The notes beneath the pieces are model-generated. The model did no database searches and was not told the DNA's origin. It saw only the letters and a list, made by a program, of their open reading frames with translations. Positions 1 to 12,598 of a DNA stretch of 64,000 nt are shown piece after piece. Both the position numbers and the translations under genes were made by a program. The first letter of the stretch is position 1. Every line of letters starts with the position of its first letter. This DNA is from Strigamia acuminata (lineage: Eukaryota), in assembly GCA_949358305.1 (NCBI GenBank), contig OX442314.1, forward strand, positions 23,622,001-23,686,000. Reading direction: 5' to 3'.

Positions 1-503
1 TCAATTAAGAGATGGGATGTATCAAATCCAAACAACCTTGCTAAAATATCCCAAGCTCAATAAATTCTGCTGCAATTTATTATCAACATCCGTAGTGTAA
101 TACTAGCTCAACAATTATTTACCAACAACAGTGGAAATAGCTTAAATCTCCTGTTCAAACGCTTCAAATTTGAGATCTCAGACAATACAAGTCACGGGTC
201 ATAACCTACTGGCCAGTGTCATAAATATCATGACTCAGACAGACACACAATGGATCAAATTGGATTCAAGCTGACCCACTTGTTCAATACTGCAAATTTA
301 ACCTCGTACAGAACTCGAGAATATTATTTTGTTTTGTCATCAATAACGTGTTTAGTTCAACTTTCTCTCACCAGCCCAAGTGGAAACGTTTTATATATAT
401 TTTTAATGATTAGGACTGCAGCTAAACCCTTTTAAACCACTGTTGTTAAATGATAAGAGAAGTTCAACCTCAAAGCCTAATGTGAAGTAATTAACTCACT
501 CAC

Positions 504-612
504 CTGAATTAACAGCACTTGGACAGGATGGACAGCATTCACCGATTAGTTGGACAATATCATTGCATTGAGGTTTTGGACAGATAACTGGATCACACGA
601 CACTCTGTCTCT
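504..612 (-). CDS. sog: sog/chordin exon: second half of CR2
   Basis: tttttcag|AGA GAC...TCA G|gtgagt; RDRVSCDPVICPKPQCNDIVQLIGECCPSCPSAVNS; 109 nt, phase 0 to 1; the gene continues past the left edge. Confidence 0.95.
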
Positions 613-1330
613 CTGAAAAATGATAATTGCATGTCAAAATACAAAAAAAAATATAAAAAGTATACATATTTTCGTGTTTTAAATTTCAGTTAAATTTCAA
701 CAATCATTTGCATCGATCATCACAATATCAACAGCTAAATTTTATGATGATGATGCGATGTTTCGGCTTCAAACATCCGGGTTGCCAACTTTTAATCCTA
801 CACGATGTAATGTGTTTTGGTCTAATGTGCTCTTGTCCACTCAAAAGCATTGCATGTTTGTGGCCGTCCTTCCAGCCAATTGTAACCAAATCGATGGCAA
901 TGATCACATTCATGAAGAACACACACGAAACCATTTAAAATTATTTAAAATTGAAAATTCAGTTTCAAGTAATAAAAATTCCCTATTTTAATAAAATCAA
1001 ATTTCCCAACACACAGTACAAAGTGCAAAATGCAGTTTTAATTGTTTTAAACTCCAAAATTCAATTTCCTAAGTGCCAAAAATGCATTTTAAGGTGCAAA
1101 ATGCACTTTTGCAGTGCCAAAACTAATAATAAAAGTATTTTTTTTAATTTTTTTTCTTAAATCGCACCCTGCGCAGCTAACTAAATGCAGTGAAAATGTT
1201 TATAGTGTAATTAAACCAAACAAAACGAATTCCAAAAGTCTGGGAAAAGACAATCAAATGTTAATTAGCGCATTCTCAACATGTTTTCCCAGCTTATTCC
1301 CTCCATTTCTCAGTGAGAAAACCTTCTTAC

Positions 1331-1501
1331 CCTGCAACTGCACATCATGCACGAGTCGTGCTGCGATGTCCACTGAGAGCCATCTTCAAAGAACTTGCCC
1401 TCATAGAAACATTTGTATGTCTCCTCTGTGATGTGATTGGTCTCATGTGTGTAGTCACCGAACTGCTCGTACTGCGGAAGACAAGCCAGGGGGACGTGCA
1501 C
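1331..1501 (-). CDS. sog: sog/chordin exon: linker and first half of CR2
   Basis: tttgtag|GTG CAC...TGC AGG|gtaag; VHVPLACLPQYEQFGDYTHETNHITEETYKCFYEGKFFEDGSQWTSQHDSCMMCSCR; 171 nt, phase 0 to 0. Confidence 0.95.
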
Positions 1502-2171
1502 CTACAAACAAAGAACACTCTTCATTTAACAACCCAGGGAACCGAATCAGTTGTCTGCATCGTAATGAGATGAGTGTTTAAAATCGAGACAAGAAATGCC
1601 GTTGCATTTAATTAGCACCTGCGTACTTTCCTACAGGTAAATTCCTTAATTAAACCACTCCAAAGTAAATTTGCTTTGCTCTTCTGATAAAAAATTTAAA
1701 AAAATAAAAAATATATAAAAAAAACTAACAAAAAAAACCATATCGTTAATTATTTTATCTGATTTATTATCTCTCATTTTATTCACACAAAAAAAATATT
1801 AATCAAAGAAATTAAGATTCATTTGCTAATATTTGGCAAATAAACCTTCTTTGCCTAAGGTTTTTTGGGGCTTCTGAACGAAAACGAAGAAGGTTTTTGC
1901 TAATTAAAGACCTATCCAGAGGCGCCTAAACTTTACTTTTAATAATTCATTAAATTCATTAATTAATGTGTTGATAAATTTCTGAAATTTCTGTCATCAT
2001 CTCCAGAGAAATTCGCTCCGTGTTTGCATAATGCATCGGGGTTACGACACCCCCAAAATCCCTTTATTAACATGCAGAGAGCAAACAATTGCAGAAAACA
2101 GCATCGCCTGTCTGCTTTGCCAACCTTCAAACGGCAAACTTTGACTCTCAAAGGCCAGAATTGAAACTTAC

Positions 2172-2291
2172 ATTATTGATCCTTCCTCTGACCACTAGAT
2201 GCTCCCCACTCTGGTTCACTTGAAAAAAAGTGACTTTCGAGTCCACTCTGGACAGTGTTCCTCTTCCAATTTCATCCACCACATCTTCAGC
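2172..2291 (-). CDS. sog: sog/chordin exon: end of CHRD stem
   Basis: ttatag|GCT GAA...AAT AAT|gtaagt; AEDVVDEIGRGTLSRVDSKVTFFQVNQSGEHLVVRGRINN; 120 nt, phase 0 to 0; 57-nt upstream intron. Confidence 0.9.
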
Positions 2292-2348
2292 CTATAAAAG
2301 CATCACCTTTAACCCTTTCCACTCTTCTCAAGTTCCAACTCAACTCAC

Positions 2349-2708
2349 CTCGGTGGCCGTTGTGGTCTGAAGAAGTCTCCTTTCGCCGTCATTGTTTTGA
2401 GCCGATTCCACCAACTCCACCAGGTAATTGCGCGCCATCCCTCGTTCGTTCTCCAACCCACTTAGCACAAAGTCGTAGCTCAACTTGCAAGCAGCGTCCA
2501 CGTGAATCCATGCGAGTCCCACGGCTGACGTGTGCGGCCCAGTTAAAAGAACAGGCCCGCCAACAGAGTGCGCGTCGGTGTACAGCCTTTGATTGATGGC
2601 ACCGCGAGCTTCGCTTTCGTACTTTTCCGTCGCTACATTGAGTGAAAGTTCTCCAGCCAGCAGCATTTCCATCTCCCTCGGCGTTTTCTTGCTGAAGGTT
2701 CCATTAGC
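2349..2708 (-). CDS. sog: sog/chordin exon: CHRD repeats 3-4
   Basis: ttgcag|GCT AAT GGA...ACC GAG|gtgagt; ANGTFSKKTPREMEMLLAGELSLNVATE...AVGLAWIHVDAACKLSYDFVLSGL...LLQTTTATE; 360 nt, phase 0 to 0. Confidence 0.95.
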
Positions 2709-3930
2709 CTGCAAAGCGAACATGTTTAACATGAACATCGGGTGTTCATAAAGCTCCCCATATTTTCTTCTTACGACGAGTTTTTAAGCGAACGCATACA
2801 TAATAATTACTGTCAGCTTGTCTTTGGTGATATTGTCAAAAAGTGTCAATTGTCAGGTATCTTGCGAGCGTTTTTTGCCCTTAAGAAGCGGCTCGTTTTG
2901 AGTGCTGCATTAAAATATGCATATTCAATTCGAGTTCCAAGACATCTTCAATAAATTAGGGCTTTTGTGGAACTCAATTTCTACTCGCGTTTCTTATAAC
3001 TTAATCATGTAACTACAGATTTCAATTTATAAAGTTACAGAAATCTAGTTCTGCAAACCCGCTAATTAAAAATTTGGAATAGACAAAGAGATGTGCGATT
3101 TTATCTAATGAATCTCTTTCCACTCAATAAAATCACCAAAGAAATCTCGTAAACAAATATATTTTCTTTGGAATTTATAGATTTCCCGTACAAATTCAAT
3201 GGAAATCCCATCAATCCATAATGGATTCCTATAAATTCGTTAGAAATCCGGATAAAACCCACGCATAAATACAAACTAAATAACTTCTTTTTCCACTGGA
3301 CCTATAAATCCATTAGTAATCACACGCACACATACATCTACAAGACAAGAACTTTGTGGAGCCCATAAACCAAATATTCCCTATTCTTTAACACTGAACT
3401 CTCCAAGTATAAGTTATAACAAATGTGTATTTTATTCATCAAAACTCCTAATTCTCTCATTTCTATACACACCTATAATGACTATAACTTACACTTACAG
3501 ATTTCAATATGAAAGAAACATGACATCCATAAATATACGACACAAATGCGCATCAATCGAGTTCCGTGAATCGAATCCCGTAGTAACAAGATAGAAAAGT
3601 GTCTGATCAGTGGCGGCGCTCATTTGACCCGATGATACTTGCTTTGGTTCAAGTTTATGCACGCGACACCATGTAACACGTGATATTGATTGACGGCACG
3701 CGGCCACACACGGGCGAGCGAAACCAACGTTCACGCCGATTCGAAATTCAGCAACAACAGAAACGTCTTCGCACAAAAGACGATTTATAAATACGACATA
3801 AAATTCTCTCCTCCCACAAATCCCGTGCGATACAAACGATGCGCAGTCCAATTAGTGAAGCGTAAACATATTTTTCCCACCAAAAACGGCAGCGACGCGT
3901 ATAATTCGCTTCTCACATTATCAAACTTAC

Positions 3931-4041
3931 CCAACTGTTATTAAAACTGGAAATTAAATTCTCGACAACGGGCAATTTTTTCTTCTGAGGAGCTTCGAGT
4001 GTCAACGCGAGTAGGTTGCTGGATAAACCAGACACATATAC
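3931..4041 (-). CDS. sog: sog/chordin exon: CHRD region
   Basis: ctatag|GTA TAT...AGT TGG|gtaagt; VYVSGLSSNLLALTLEAPQKKKLPVVENLISSFNNSW; 111 nt, phase 0 to 0. Confidence 0.92.
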
Positions 4042-4124
4042 CTATAGGCAAGATCGATAACGTCAATTAGAAAATGCGCCAACTTTCCCCTTAATTGACG
4101 TCACGTCAATTGTGCTTGTCTCAC

Positions 4125-4237
4125 CGAGTAAGCAATTGTGTTGTCGTCATTAAGTGTAATTGTTGCGTAACCAGCTGCTTGAGTGAAGGGCTTTTCTTCC
4201 TCGAACGAGTTGCCACTGCTCAAAACGGCTTGAAAGG
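4125..4237 (-). CDS. sog: sog/chordin exon: CHRD region
   Basis: ttttcag|CC TTT CAA...TAC TCG|gtgaga; (S)FQAVLSSGNSFEEEKPFTQAAGYATITLNDDNTIAYS; 113 nt, phase 1 to 0. Confidence 0.92.
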
Positions 4238-4311
4238 CTGAAAACAAAAATGGCAACACTCGTTACTTCAAGTGGCCTTTCACTCCTGTCTTAAAGCGTT
4301 ATATACTCAAC

Positions 4312-4459
4312 AGTTGCACGTCAACTTTGGCATAATTCGACCAGATAAACTCATGTCCGGTTTGAATTTCGGCGCTAAACTTAATAAAGTGCTGCCCATC
4401 AAAAGATAACGAAGATCCGCTCGGCTCAGTTCAATTTTCCATTCTAGGACGCTTAAAGA
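4312..4459 (-). CDS. sog: sog/chordin exon: CHRD region
   Basis: caatag|TCT TTA...TGC AAC T|gttgagt; SLSVLEWKIELSRADLRYLLMGSTLLSLAPKFKPDMSLSGRIMPKLTCN; 148 nt, phase 0 to 1; atypical donor. Confidence 0.85.
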
Positions 4460-4524
4460 CTATTGTGCGAGCAAAGAAATAAAGGTAATAAACTACGCTA
4501 GGCTTTTGTGCTTCACTACGTTAC

Positions 4525-4622
4525 GTTATTCGGTTTGGCCAATTTCACTGTTTCCTCCAGAATAACATTGGGGGTCCTTTCTTCAGATATCGCTTTGAAT
4601 ACCATCGGCAGGCCTGCAATGT
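4525..4622 (-). CDS. sog: sog/chordin exon: CHRD region
   Basis: ttttag|AC ATT GCA...AAT AAC|gtaacg; (D)IAGLPMVFKAISEERTPNVILEETVKLAKPNN; 98 nt, phase 1 to 0. Confidence 0.88.
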
Positions 4623-6674
4623 CTAAAAAAAAAAAAAAATTACAAAATAAATTTTACAAATCTCAACGAATCCAATTAAATAAAATCCACTCTTGATTTA
4701 TTTATTCCTTCCCAACAAAATAAATCTCGCCAATAAGAAAAAAAAAATTGTTTTCACATGTCGTTTGCAATTGACATACTGCAAAAAGCCGAATAAACCG
4801 ATTTGGCAAGCGAAGTAGTAAAAGCGCTTTTCCAATTTCTTCTCATCCCGGCTTCAACAAATAGAAACCAATCTTCTCTTTTTCGAATCTCGACCATATG
4901 TGTATTACCCCAGGGAATTTCTCTCACCAGAGGTCACACGAAAATTATATTGGCAATGACCTTCACCAGATCTAATTCGAAAGCCGAAACCGCAATTTTT
5001 TTTATTTTTTTAATGTTAAAACTCTAAAAATTCGATCTCGAGTCGTGGATAATGTTCTGCTGACTTTCAACTCCTCGAGTTGCGTCGAGAACTTAGTTAA
5101 AGTTACCATGCCAACGCCTCCACGTGCTGTCAACTCGTATATGACCCTGGTGACACTGTAACATTGACTCGGAAAGATACGAAACGCTATAACAAATTGG
5201 TGCTGAACGAATTGTCATTTTGATTTTTCGCATCAGCTTCAGTCTCCGAATCAGTCAACACCCTATGAAACATCACACGTCGCTCCAATCGTTCGCACAA
5301 TCCCCAACGCAACAGAGCGTGCATTTTTACACTTTAAAATAATGGCTTTGCTCCATGCAAAGGTCATTACAAGATAAGCTTTCGTATCTCACGAGTGACC
5401 ACTGCAAACTTAACCGCAAGTCTATTTTTTCCCATCCCCTTTTTCTTATTGGATTTTAAGTCTGCCTTGTGTCGCTCTAATTTATTCCCTTGACCTCGTT
5501 GACCGTTAGACTATCTTGTAAAAGGAATGGAGTCTCGTCTTCCCCTCCCCCGAATCGTGTGAAAGTGCTCATCAATTATTTGTCGTCGCAAATAAAATTC
5601 CAGTCACAGAGCACAAAAGCTCCGCCTGAATCAAGAGGGTCGCTTCACTGTAGTGCGTTACTCGAAAGGAGATATCATTTGCACACTTCTGGAGATAGAA
5701 TATTTTTACGCACACACACAAAAAATATAATAATAGCAATAATAAAAGCAGACTGTCATAGACATTCTCCGAATAACAAATTCCACACGCTCATTCAAGT
5801 AAGTGACAACAAAATGCACAAACGTCGTCAGCGTAATGATATAGGACTTTAAAAATGATAACAAAAAGAATACTAAAAATATTTGTTGTAAATGTTTCAA
5901 CAGCTAAATGTTAATGGAAAAAGATTTAATTTTTTTTATTTTTTAAAAGAATCTATTATTTATAAATGCTTTTAATCGACTTTGACTAGGAAAATCAAAA
6001 CAAAAAAAAATAACAGCACTGCGAAGTAATCCGATTAGATGTCGGATGTCGCTTGTGTAAAACCTTTCACATCATCCTTATTCCTTTTACTTAAAATCTT
6101 TATTGGTCTAAGATCTTGCCAAATTTATATTTTAAAACTTTCTTTTCCATTAAAAAAAAGAAAAAAGTAGAGATCCTCTGTCAATATTTAAAGAAGGATG
6201 TTGAATGTTTCAATCCCATCAAACAACGCGCGAATAATTTGATGTGTCTGTCTTTCTCCCAGATTTAATTGGATTGCGCAGCCAATGATCAAATTTCAGC
6301 GATGTTATCACTTTCCTCCATCACCACTCACAAACCAACGACTTAAGGTGAAAGCACTTCGCTTATCCTCTTTCCAATCCAAAAACTACTCCAAGGCGAA
6401 TGAAAAAAAAATTGATTGGTTTAAAACTTCTTTTTCCAAGCCGTATCGTTGAAACGATGGAAAACGAGAAAGAAATGTTATACTGTATGGATTTGCACCT
6501 TCTCAATTTGCAAACCGCCAGACAAAAACAAAATAATATAAAATAACACTTTTTCACAAAAATAAATAAATAAATAAATAAATAAATAAACAATAAAAGG
6601 GATTTCAATCCCGACATCCAATTTGCATTTTAAATGGAAATAAAAAAAACCCACAAAATAGAACAAATTCTTAC

Positions 6675-6818
6675 CATAATCTGACACAATTCCATTAAAT
6701 GTAATTAGGAAGTGTACAATACTAGCTGTGGTACTCATAGATGATATGATAACCATTCCCCCTGCACCATCCAGCTGTGGCGCGCCATCAGGAGGTCGCA
6801 GCAACGCACTGAAGGTTT
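6675..6818 (-). CDS. sog: sog/chordin exon: CHRD region
   Basis: aatgtag|AA ACC TTC...TAT G|gtaag; (E)TFSALLRPPDGAPQLDGAGGMVIISSMSTTASIVHFLITFNGIVSDY; 144 nt, phase 1 to 1. Confidence 0.94.
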
Positions 6819-6907
6819 CTACATTAGAAAACGAAGAAAAAAAAATTAAATCAAGAAAAAAAAATCTAAAAAAATAAAAAAATTTCTACAAAATTTAATG
6901 AACTCAC

Positions 6908-7049
6908 CTGTACTGAGTGATCGATATCTGATAACAGCACCTTTAATCAGTGCGTCGGCTTCTTTTGTCTGTGCCAACTCCAGATGGATTTTCTCATCTC
7001 TTAACAACTTGCGATAAATTTTCGGGATTTTTCTCCACACACCGCAAAT
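6908..7049 (-). CDS. sog: sog/chordin exon: CHRD region
   Basis: gtacag|ATT TGC GGT...ACA G|gtgagt; ICGVWRKIPKIYRKLLRDEKIHLELAQTKEADALIKGAVIRYRSLST; 142 nt, phase 0 to 1. Confidence 0.95.
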
Positions 7050-7854
7050 CTGTACCAAAAACAGATATAAAAAAGAGGGGATTTAACTCGAGATGAGAGC
7101 GAAAAGAGAGAAAAAAAATTTATGATTTGTTTTAGCACCAAAAGTTGTCATATATATCTTGGAAATTTCCTAAATGATACAAGAAATAAGAACGCATGGG
7201 TATTGCAACCATGTAGGCAAGCAGTGGCACAGCCAGCAACTTGCTCATTTATAATTTATATTGCAGCCACTCTACTAACGCTATCTGTTTCCCTTTGGTG
7301 TCAAAGACTCACCCGCATGTACCACGGCCAAAACTCTTTCATCCATATGTATAAAGGTGCATCCAAAATATATATATAAAAAAAGTTAGTTGCTAACGGT
7401 TTTTTTTATTTTTATTTTTCTACGTTCAAACCCAAGAACATTTTGTCTAATAAAGATAGTTTGACTATCAAGTTGGAGCAGTCAGTCACACAGTGTTCTA
7501 AGAAATGCTCTTCCATTTCACGTGTCGCCAACAGCCTTCACTCGTGATGGGTTTTTTTTCTTTTTTTAGTCACTTGACAAGGTGGCTCTAGTAAATCTGA
7601 ATATATGAAATGTTTTTGTTTGCCAAGAAACGCAATGCGAAAACGTGCTCACTCGTCGCAATGCTTCAGCCAGAGCAACTTGTTTATTTATTTATGTGTC
7701 AGTAGATGTGAGGGAGAGGAGGGACGCAATTCAAAGTTGCTGTTTTTGCTGTTTTTAGTACTACTATAAACAGAATAGGACACAAAACGCAGCCGGAAAC
7801 CATCATCAAAAACTGCAAAAACAGAAACAAAGTGGTTTTTAAATGGTTTCAGCA

Positions 7855-8135
7855 TTTTTTCCAATAAAATTTAAATTTTTTCATTAAAATTTAAATTTTT
7901 TCATTGTAATTTCACTTTTTTCCATTGAAATATCATTCTTTTCCATTAAAATTTCATTTTTTTCATTAAAATTTCACTTTTTTTCATTAAAATTTTAATT
8001 TTTTCCATTGATATTTTAATTTTTTCCATTGAAATTTTAATTTTTTCCATTAAAATTTTAATTTTTTCCATTGAAATTTTAATTTTTTCCATTGAAATTT
8101 TAATTTTTTCCATTGAAATTTTAAGTGTTTCCATT
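7855..8135. repeat. 21-bp AT-rich minisatellite (TTTTTTCCATTGAAATTTTAA-like)
   Basis: About 13 tandem units visible; the source of the spurious MEKIKIS-repeat ORF. Confidence 0.9.
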
Positions 8136-9149
8136 AAATTTCACTTTTTAAAAAAATTTTCTATCTAAATAACCATCATCATCGACGAATGCTTCATTAA
8201 CAGTTTCCTGTTTGGTTACAAAAGCCCTCGAATAGTAGCCACGGCTACTATTTCAAACCACCTCTCTGAGGCTCTAAAACGAGGGCGATTCTTAATCCAG
8301 AAAATACGGTAATTTCAATGTATTATGGAACCATATGGGTTGTGAAATCCAAAAAAAACTATAAACAAACACAAAAACAAAATAAGTTTTCACACATTCA
8401 TAATTCGGCGTGTTTCCGTCTTTTGGTTTTGCTGTTTATAGAAACACCAAAAACCACAAGAACAGAAACTTTGAATGCACCCAATAAATTGGCCTTTACA
8501 ATCAGATAAGTATGCGCAGTTGCAACTGTCGTTAATTTCTGGACAACTAGAGACAGCAATCCCATCCCAACATGAAGTTAAGTAGAATTGGTCTTGGTCA
8601 GTACTTGGAAGCTTGACCTCCTGGGAATCCCAATTGTTTTCCACCCTTCCATCTGCCTCTAACAAGATTTTCGGTGGTTTCTCCAATTCTGAAAATCGTC
8701 CCTAAAACGCTTCTTGCACGGTCTGATACAACACGTCAGCAAGTTTCAAGTCGATCAATTAAGAATAAAATCCAAATGCAAAGAAAAATTTCTTCAGTGC
8801 CGGGATTAAAATCGTCATTAAATTACGACAAAGACTCAGAGTAGGAAATGGATTAATTCTTGATTAATCTTTCCAATTTTAAAACATAATTAATAAATTG
8901 TTTACCAAAACCGAGTCGACAAAGCGCTCAAACCCAAGAGTTTATTAATATTTCTCTTTTAACTGTTTTTCCTCTTAATTTTATGCTAAGATATATCATT
9001 TATACTCTTCTGGTGAGCCCTCACTCCATCGATAAACAAAAGCCATCCGGATTTCAAAGCGTCATTTTTGATTAAGAAAGATGTCAAAAGCAAAACTTAA
9101 ACTTCATTACCAAACCATCGCATTTAAATCTCTAAATGTTCCCATATGC

Positions 9150-9393
9150 TTCAAATATATATTTTACAATATGTTGCTGTTCACTTAATGCATTCCAAAA
9201 CGTACAGCATTTCGTGAAATTAAATATATTATTTGTACATTAAATAATGCATTTCATGATATAATTGAAAATGCATTCGAAAATGCATTCATATTTAACA
9301 AATAATAATCAACAATCGGGAACGCACATTCATAATACATTTTACAAAATTTATTACCATTAGCATGCAAAAATATATTTAAAAATGCATTCC
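9150..9393 (+). repeat. dispersed AATGCATT-rich repeat family, copy 1
   Basis: Colinear similarity to 52888-53068 (same strand) and 25195-25412 (reverse), e.g. cttaatgcattccaaaa...attatttgtacattaaataatg...aaaatgcattc. Confidence 0.75.
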
Positions 9394-9407
9394 CACGTAG
9401 TTTTGGA

Positions 9408-9593
9408 CAGTAGAGAGTCGATTATCCAAACGTCTGTTACGTGAATAACCGGTTATTTCCAGTGGCGATCAATTTTTAATCGATTTTTAATCGATTTCAT
9501 AACTTCACATTATTTACATAAACATCACATCCGATTAAGCGAACAAATCGGTTCTCGGTCTCCCAATTAGTTGAGTTAATCGACGCTCTACTG
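9408..9593. mobile_element. Tc1/mariner (Tigger/pogo-like) MITE
   Basis: TIRs CAGTAGAGAGTCGATTA / TAATCGACGCTCTACTG, followed by TA on the right; a related end lies at about 61665-61736. Confidence 0.75.
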
Positions 9594-11190
9594 TACTCGC
9601 ACATCTAGATTCTCTTTAAAATCTTTCCTCTCTCTTATCAACTATTTACAGCCATTGATTCCGTTAGCCTTACAAAAATCTCACCGTATTCTACTCTTTA
9701 AATAAACAATTACACTTTAATTATTTACGAGTTTAATCGATGCAAAAGTGTTCCATCCAAACTAAAAAAAAAAAACTGCTGTACTTGTTGCTCAAGTCAG
9801 ATCTTCATTCCGGAAGTCGAAGATCCGGAAAGTGAAGGACAAGCGTTAACGCTTGGATGCACAAAGTCAAGGTAATTGCACGAGCATGCCAAAATCTCTC
9901 ACTTCCTCGAGCAAGCCAAGACTCGTGCATTAAATTGCGGTCTCAGATAACGCAAAGATGGCATCACATGTTGAAATATTAGTTTGTTTTATAAAACGTC
10001 AAATCTACAAATCACAGACCACCACCAGGATAAAAATACCGACTTTAACTCAAAACGTTGCCCTGGCAACGCTTCATTAACGTATGAATGAATGAATGAA
10101 AGCGCATAGCACTTGCATTAAGACTTAAAATAACTCAAAACAACATTCACCAACAATATTACAAAAACATATAACCTGAATACCCTTTTGTTTATCCCTT
10201 TTATTCCGTTGTGTACCTGCGATAATAACCAAAAACCCTCCATTGTTTTCTTGCCCATGTACTGCAGCAAAGCTAATTTTCTTAAGGGATCATTAGCGAC
10301 TTTAATTGGCGCAATATTCAAAAGACATTTTTTTCCCTGCTTATTGAAAAGTAACTAAACCAATTACCTTTCAGCTACAACCTCTTTAATCTCATTTCCA
10401 CGTAAACATCTCATACGGGGTCATTTAATCTGTAGCATGCAAACAGAGAAGAGACATCTCTATGCCTCGCATCAAGTTAGATGCGCTATAAACCGCTATT
10501 GTTTTTTATTTTTATTTTAAGCATTAACAGCACTTTTACTTTGCAGCTTCTCATCACACCCGGGAGTAGTTGTGTGGCGCTCTTTAAAACACTCTTTTGC
10601 CATGGCAGAAACTCGAATTAATGGCACACAGAAGCGAGGAAAGGTGCTGTAGACGGAATAACAAACAGGCACCTTCTATTGGAGCTAATTAGCTCATCTA
10701 CTCAGGGGACAACATCTCAGATGTAGCTCCAGGTCACTTGTTTACCTGTTCTCCTTTCCAGGAGAGTTAAAAAAAAATGGAATGAAATATGGTTTAATGT
10801 TCAACAACAACAACAACAACGAAAAGAAAAAAGAAAAAGGTCGAAGATTATAATTTTTTTTTTTGTATTTTTTTTTTGTATTGGGGAAATATGTTGTTAA
10901 TGATAATGACATAGTGCAAAAATTATTTTATTTTTTTTTCCTTGTCGTTGTAGCGAGGTTGATGCTTACATTTCCAAATGATGCGCCACATTCAGGTCAC
11001 GTACAATGGCACGCGGGCTTTTTCACCCTTTTAGGAAAACTCGTTTTTGTTGGAAAAGGTACATTTTATATATGGCTCCAGTTGTAAACTGTGCTCATGT
11101 GACGTGTTTAAGCTCTTGTAATGACTTGTGCCCACGCTAACAACGCTGTAACATTAGAAATAATTTCGCCCAATTATATGTATGAATTAC

Positions 11191-11688
11191 GTAAGGCCCG
11201 GATAAATGCATAAATGCATAGAAATTATTTTTATTCAATAAAAAGCCGAAATTGGCTATAAACGCATATTTTCCGAAATTGAAAAAATAAATGCATAAAT
11301 CGCCATTTTTCCCGAAAAAACGGCGATTTGTGTCTTTTTTTTAAACATGTACGTATCAATTTTTTCCTTTTTTTTAGACACTTATCGTGTACATATGAAC
11401 AGAAAACTAGGACTTCGCCAATAACAGACACCAGGGGAAGTCGCTAAATTAGTGTCTGGAAAAAGTTTTAAGAAATAAGCAAATAAAAAAATAGAAAAAT
11501 AGAAAAAGATGAATTGTAATTACTAATTATAATTCATTTACCTCAAGAACACTTTGAAATAGCATTAAGTTGTTATTTAACAACTGATTTCGCATATTTT
11601 TATTTTTATTTTGCATAAAATGGAATTTTGGGTGCATACTTCATGCGCATAAAACAAATTTTATTTTGCATAAATATCCGAGGTCTAC
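11191..11688. mobile_element. non-autonomous hAT-like DNA transposon
   Basis: Imperfect TIRs GTAAGGCCCGGATA / TATCCGAGGTCTAC with subterminal GCATAAA repeats; flanks TGAATTAC (11183-11190) and TGAATTAA (11689-11696) form a 7/8 match to an 8-bp TSD; a reverse partial copy lies at 41371-41637. Confidence 0.75.
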
Positions 11689-12304
11689 TGAATTAACATT
11701 ACTTTTTTTTTCATCCAAATTCCCAAATTGTTCCGATTGAAATCTCTAATTTGACAAGGTAAGCTGCTTTTGTTTTTGACCTGGTCATTTTAATTGATAG
11801 TTCCAAGTTGTGACTTCCCAATTCATTAATCATAACCAAAATTGCTGAGTAATCAGCAAAAAAAAACAAACAAAAGAACAAAAGAACAAAACCCATTGCA
11901 GTTGTCGTGGAAACAATATCTTTAAACAATCCTCAAAAAAAATCTTGACCCGAAATTCAATTAAACGTGAGTAACCGAGAATCAATTACACAGAAACACA
12001 ACAATGTAAAAAAAAAAAAAAAAAAAAAAACAAGCCAGCTTTAAAACTGAGCAAACAATAAAAGATGTGAAAGCGAAGTATATCCATAGGCGTGTAACTT
12101 AATCCTTGTAAATGGACTGCCATACACCACAGGGTATAATCTCTCGGATCAAAGTGTTATTCAGCCTCCTTTTTTCCAGTATAACAAATTCTTGCAAAAC
12201 ACCCAACCACCTTCTAACCTCAATACTAAAATTCTCACCGTCTCGTTCAAGCTTGAACCTAAGCCTCGTTTTCTATCGGTTCCAAAATCGCGCATTTTAC
12301 GGAA

Positions 12305-12598
12305 GGTGCGTTCAAATTGGTCGAGAAAAATCTGCTTAAATGTTTTAAGTTGATAGTCTCGTTTTGCAAAAGTCCATTTATTTTGCCTAACTTTAAGCAA
12401 GGGGTTGTGTCACTTATTTTCCTTAATTTATCTTACGCAACAATGATGCAATTTACGCATGCTCGGTTAAACAATAATTTATATCTCAGCTGCGCCCAAG
12501 CCTGCGCATTAGTAATATTAATAATATCTCATCTATTTCACTTACATTTTTTCATTTAAACAAACTTTTAGTATTTGCTTAACCACTTTGAACACATT
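12305..12598. mobile_element. decayed MITE, possibly PIF/Harbinger-like
   Basis: Ends GGTGCGTTCAAA / TTTGAACACATT; the right subterminal gtatttgcttaac...tgaac is shared with 41706-41733. Confidence 0.4.
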
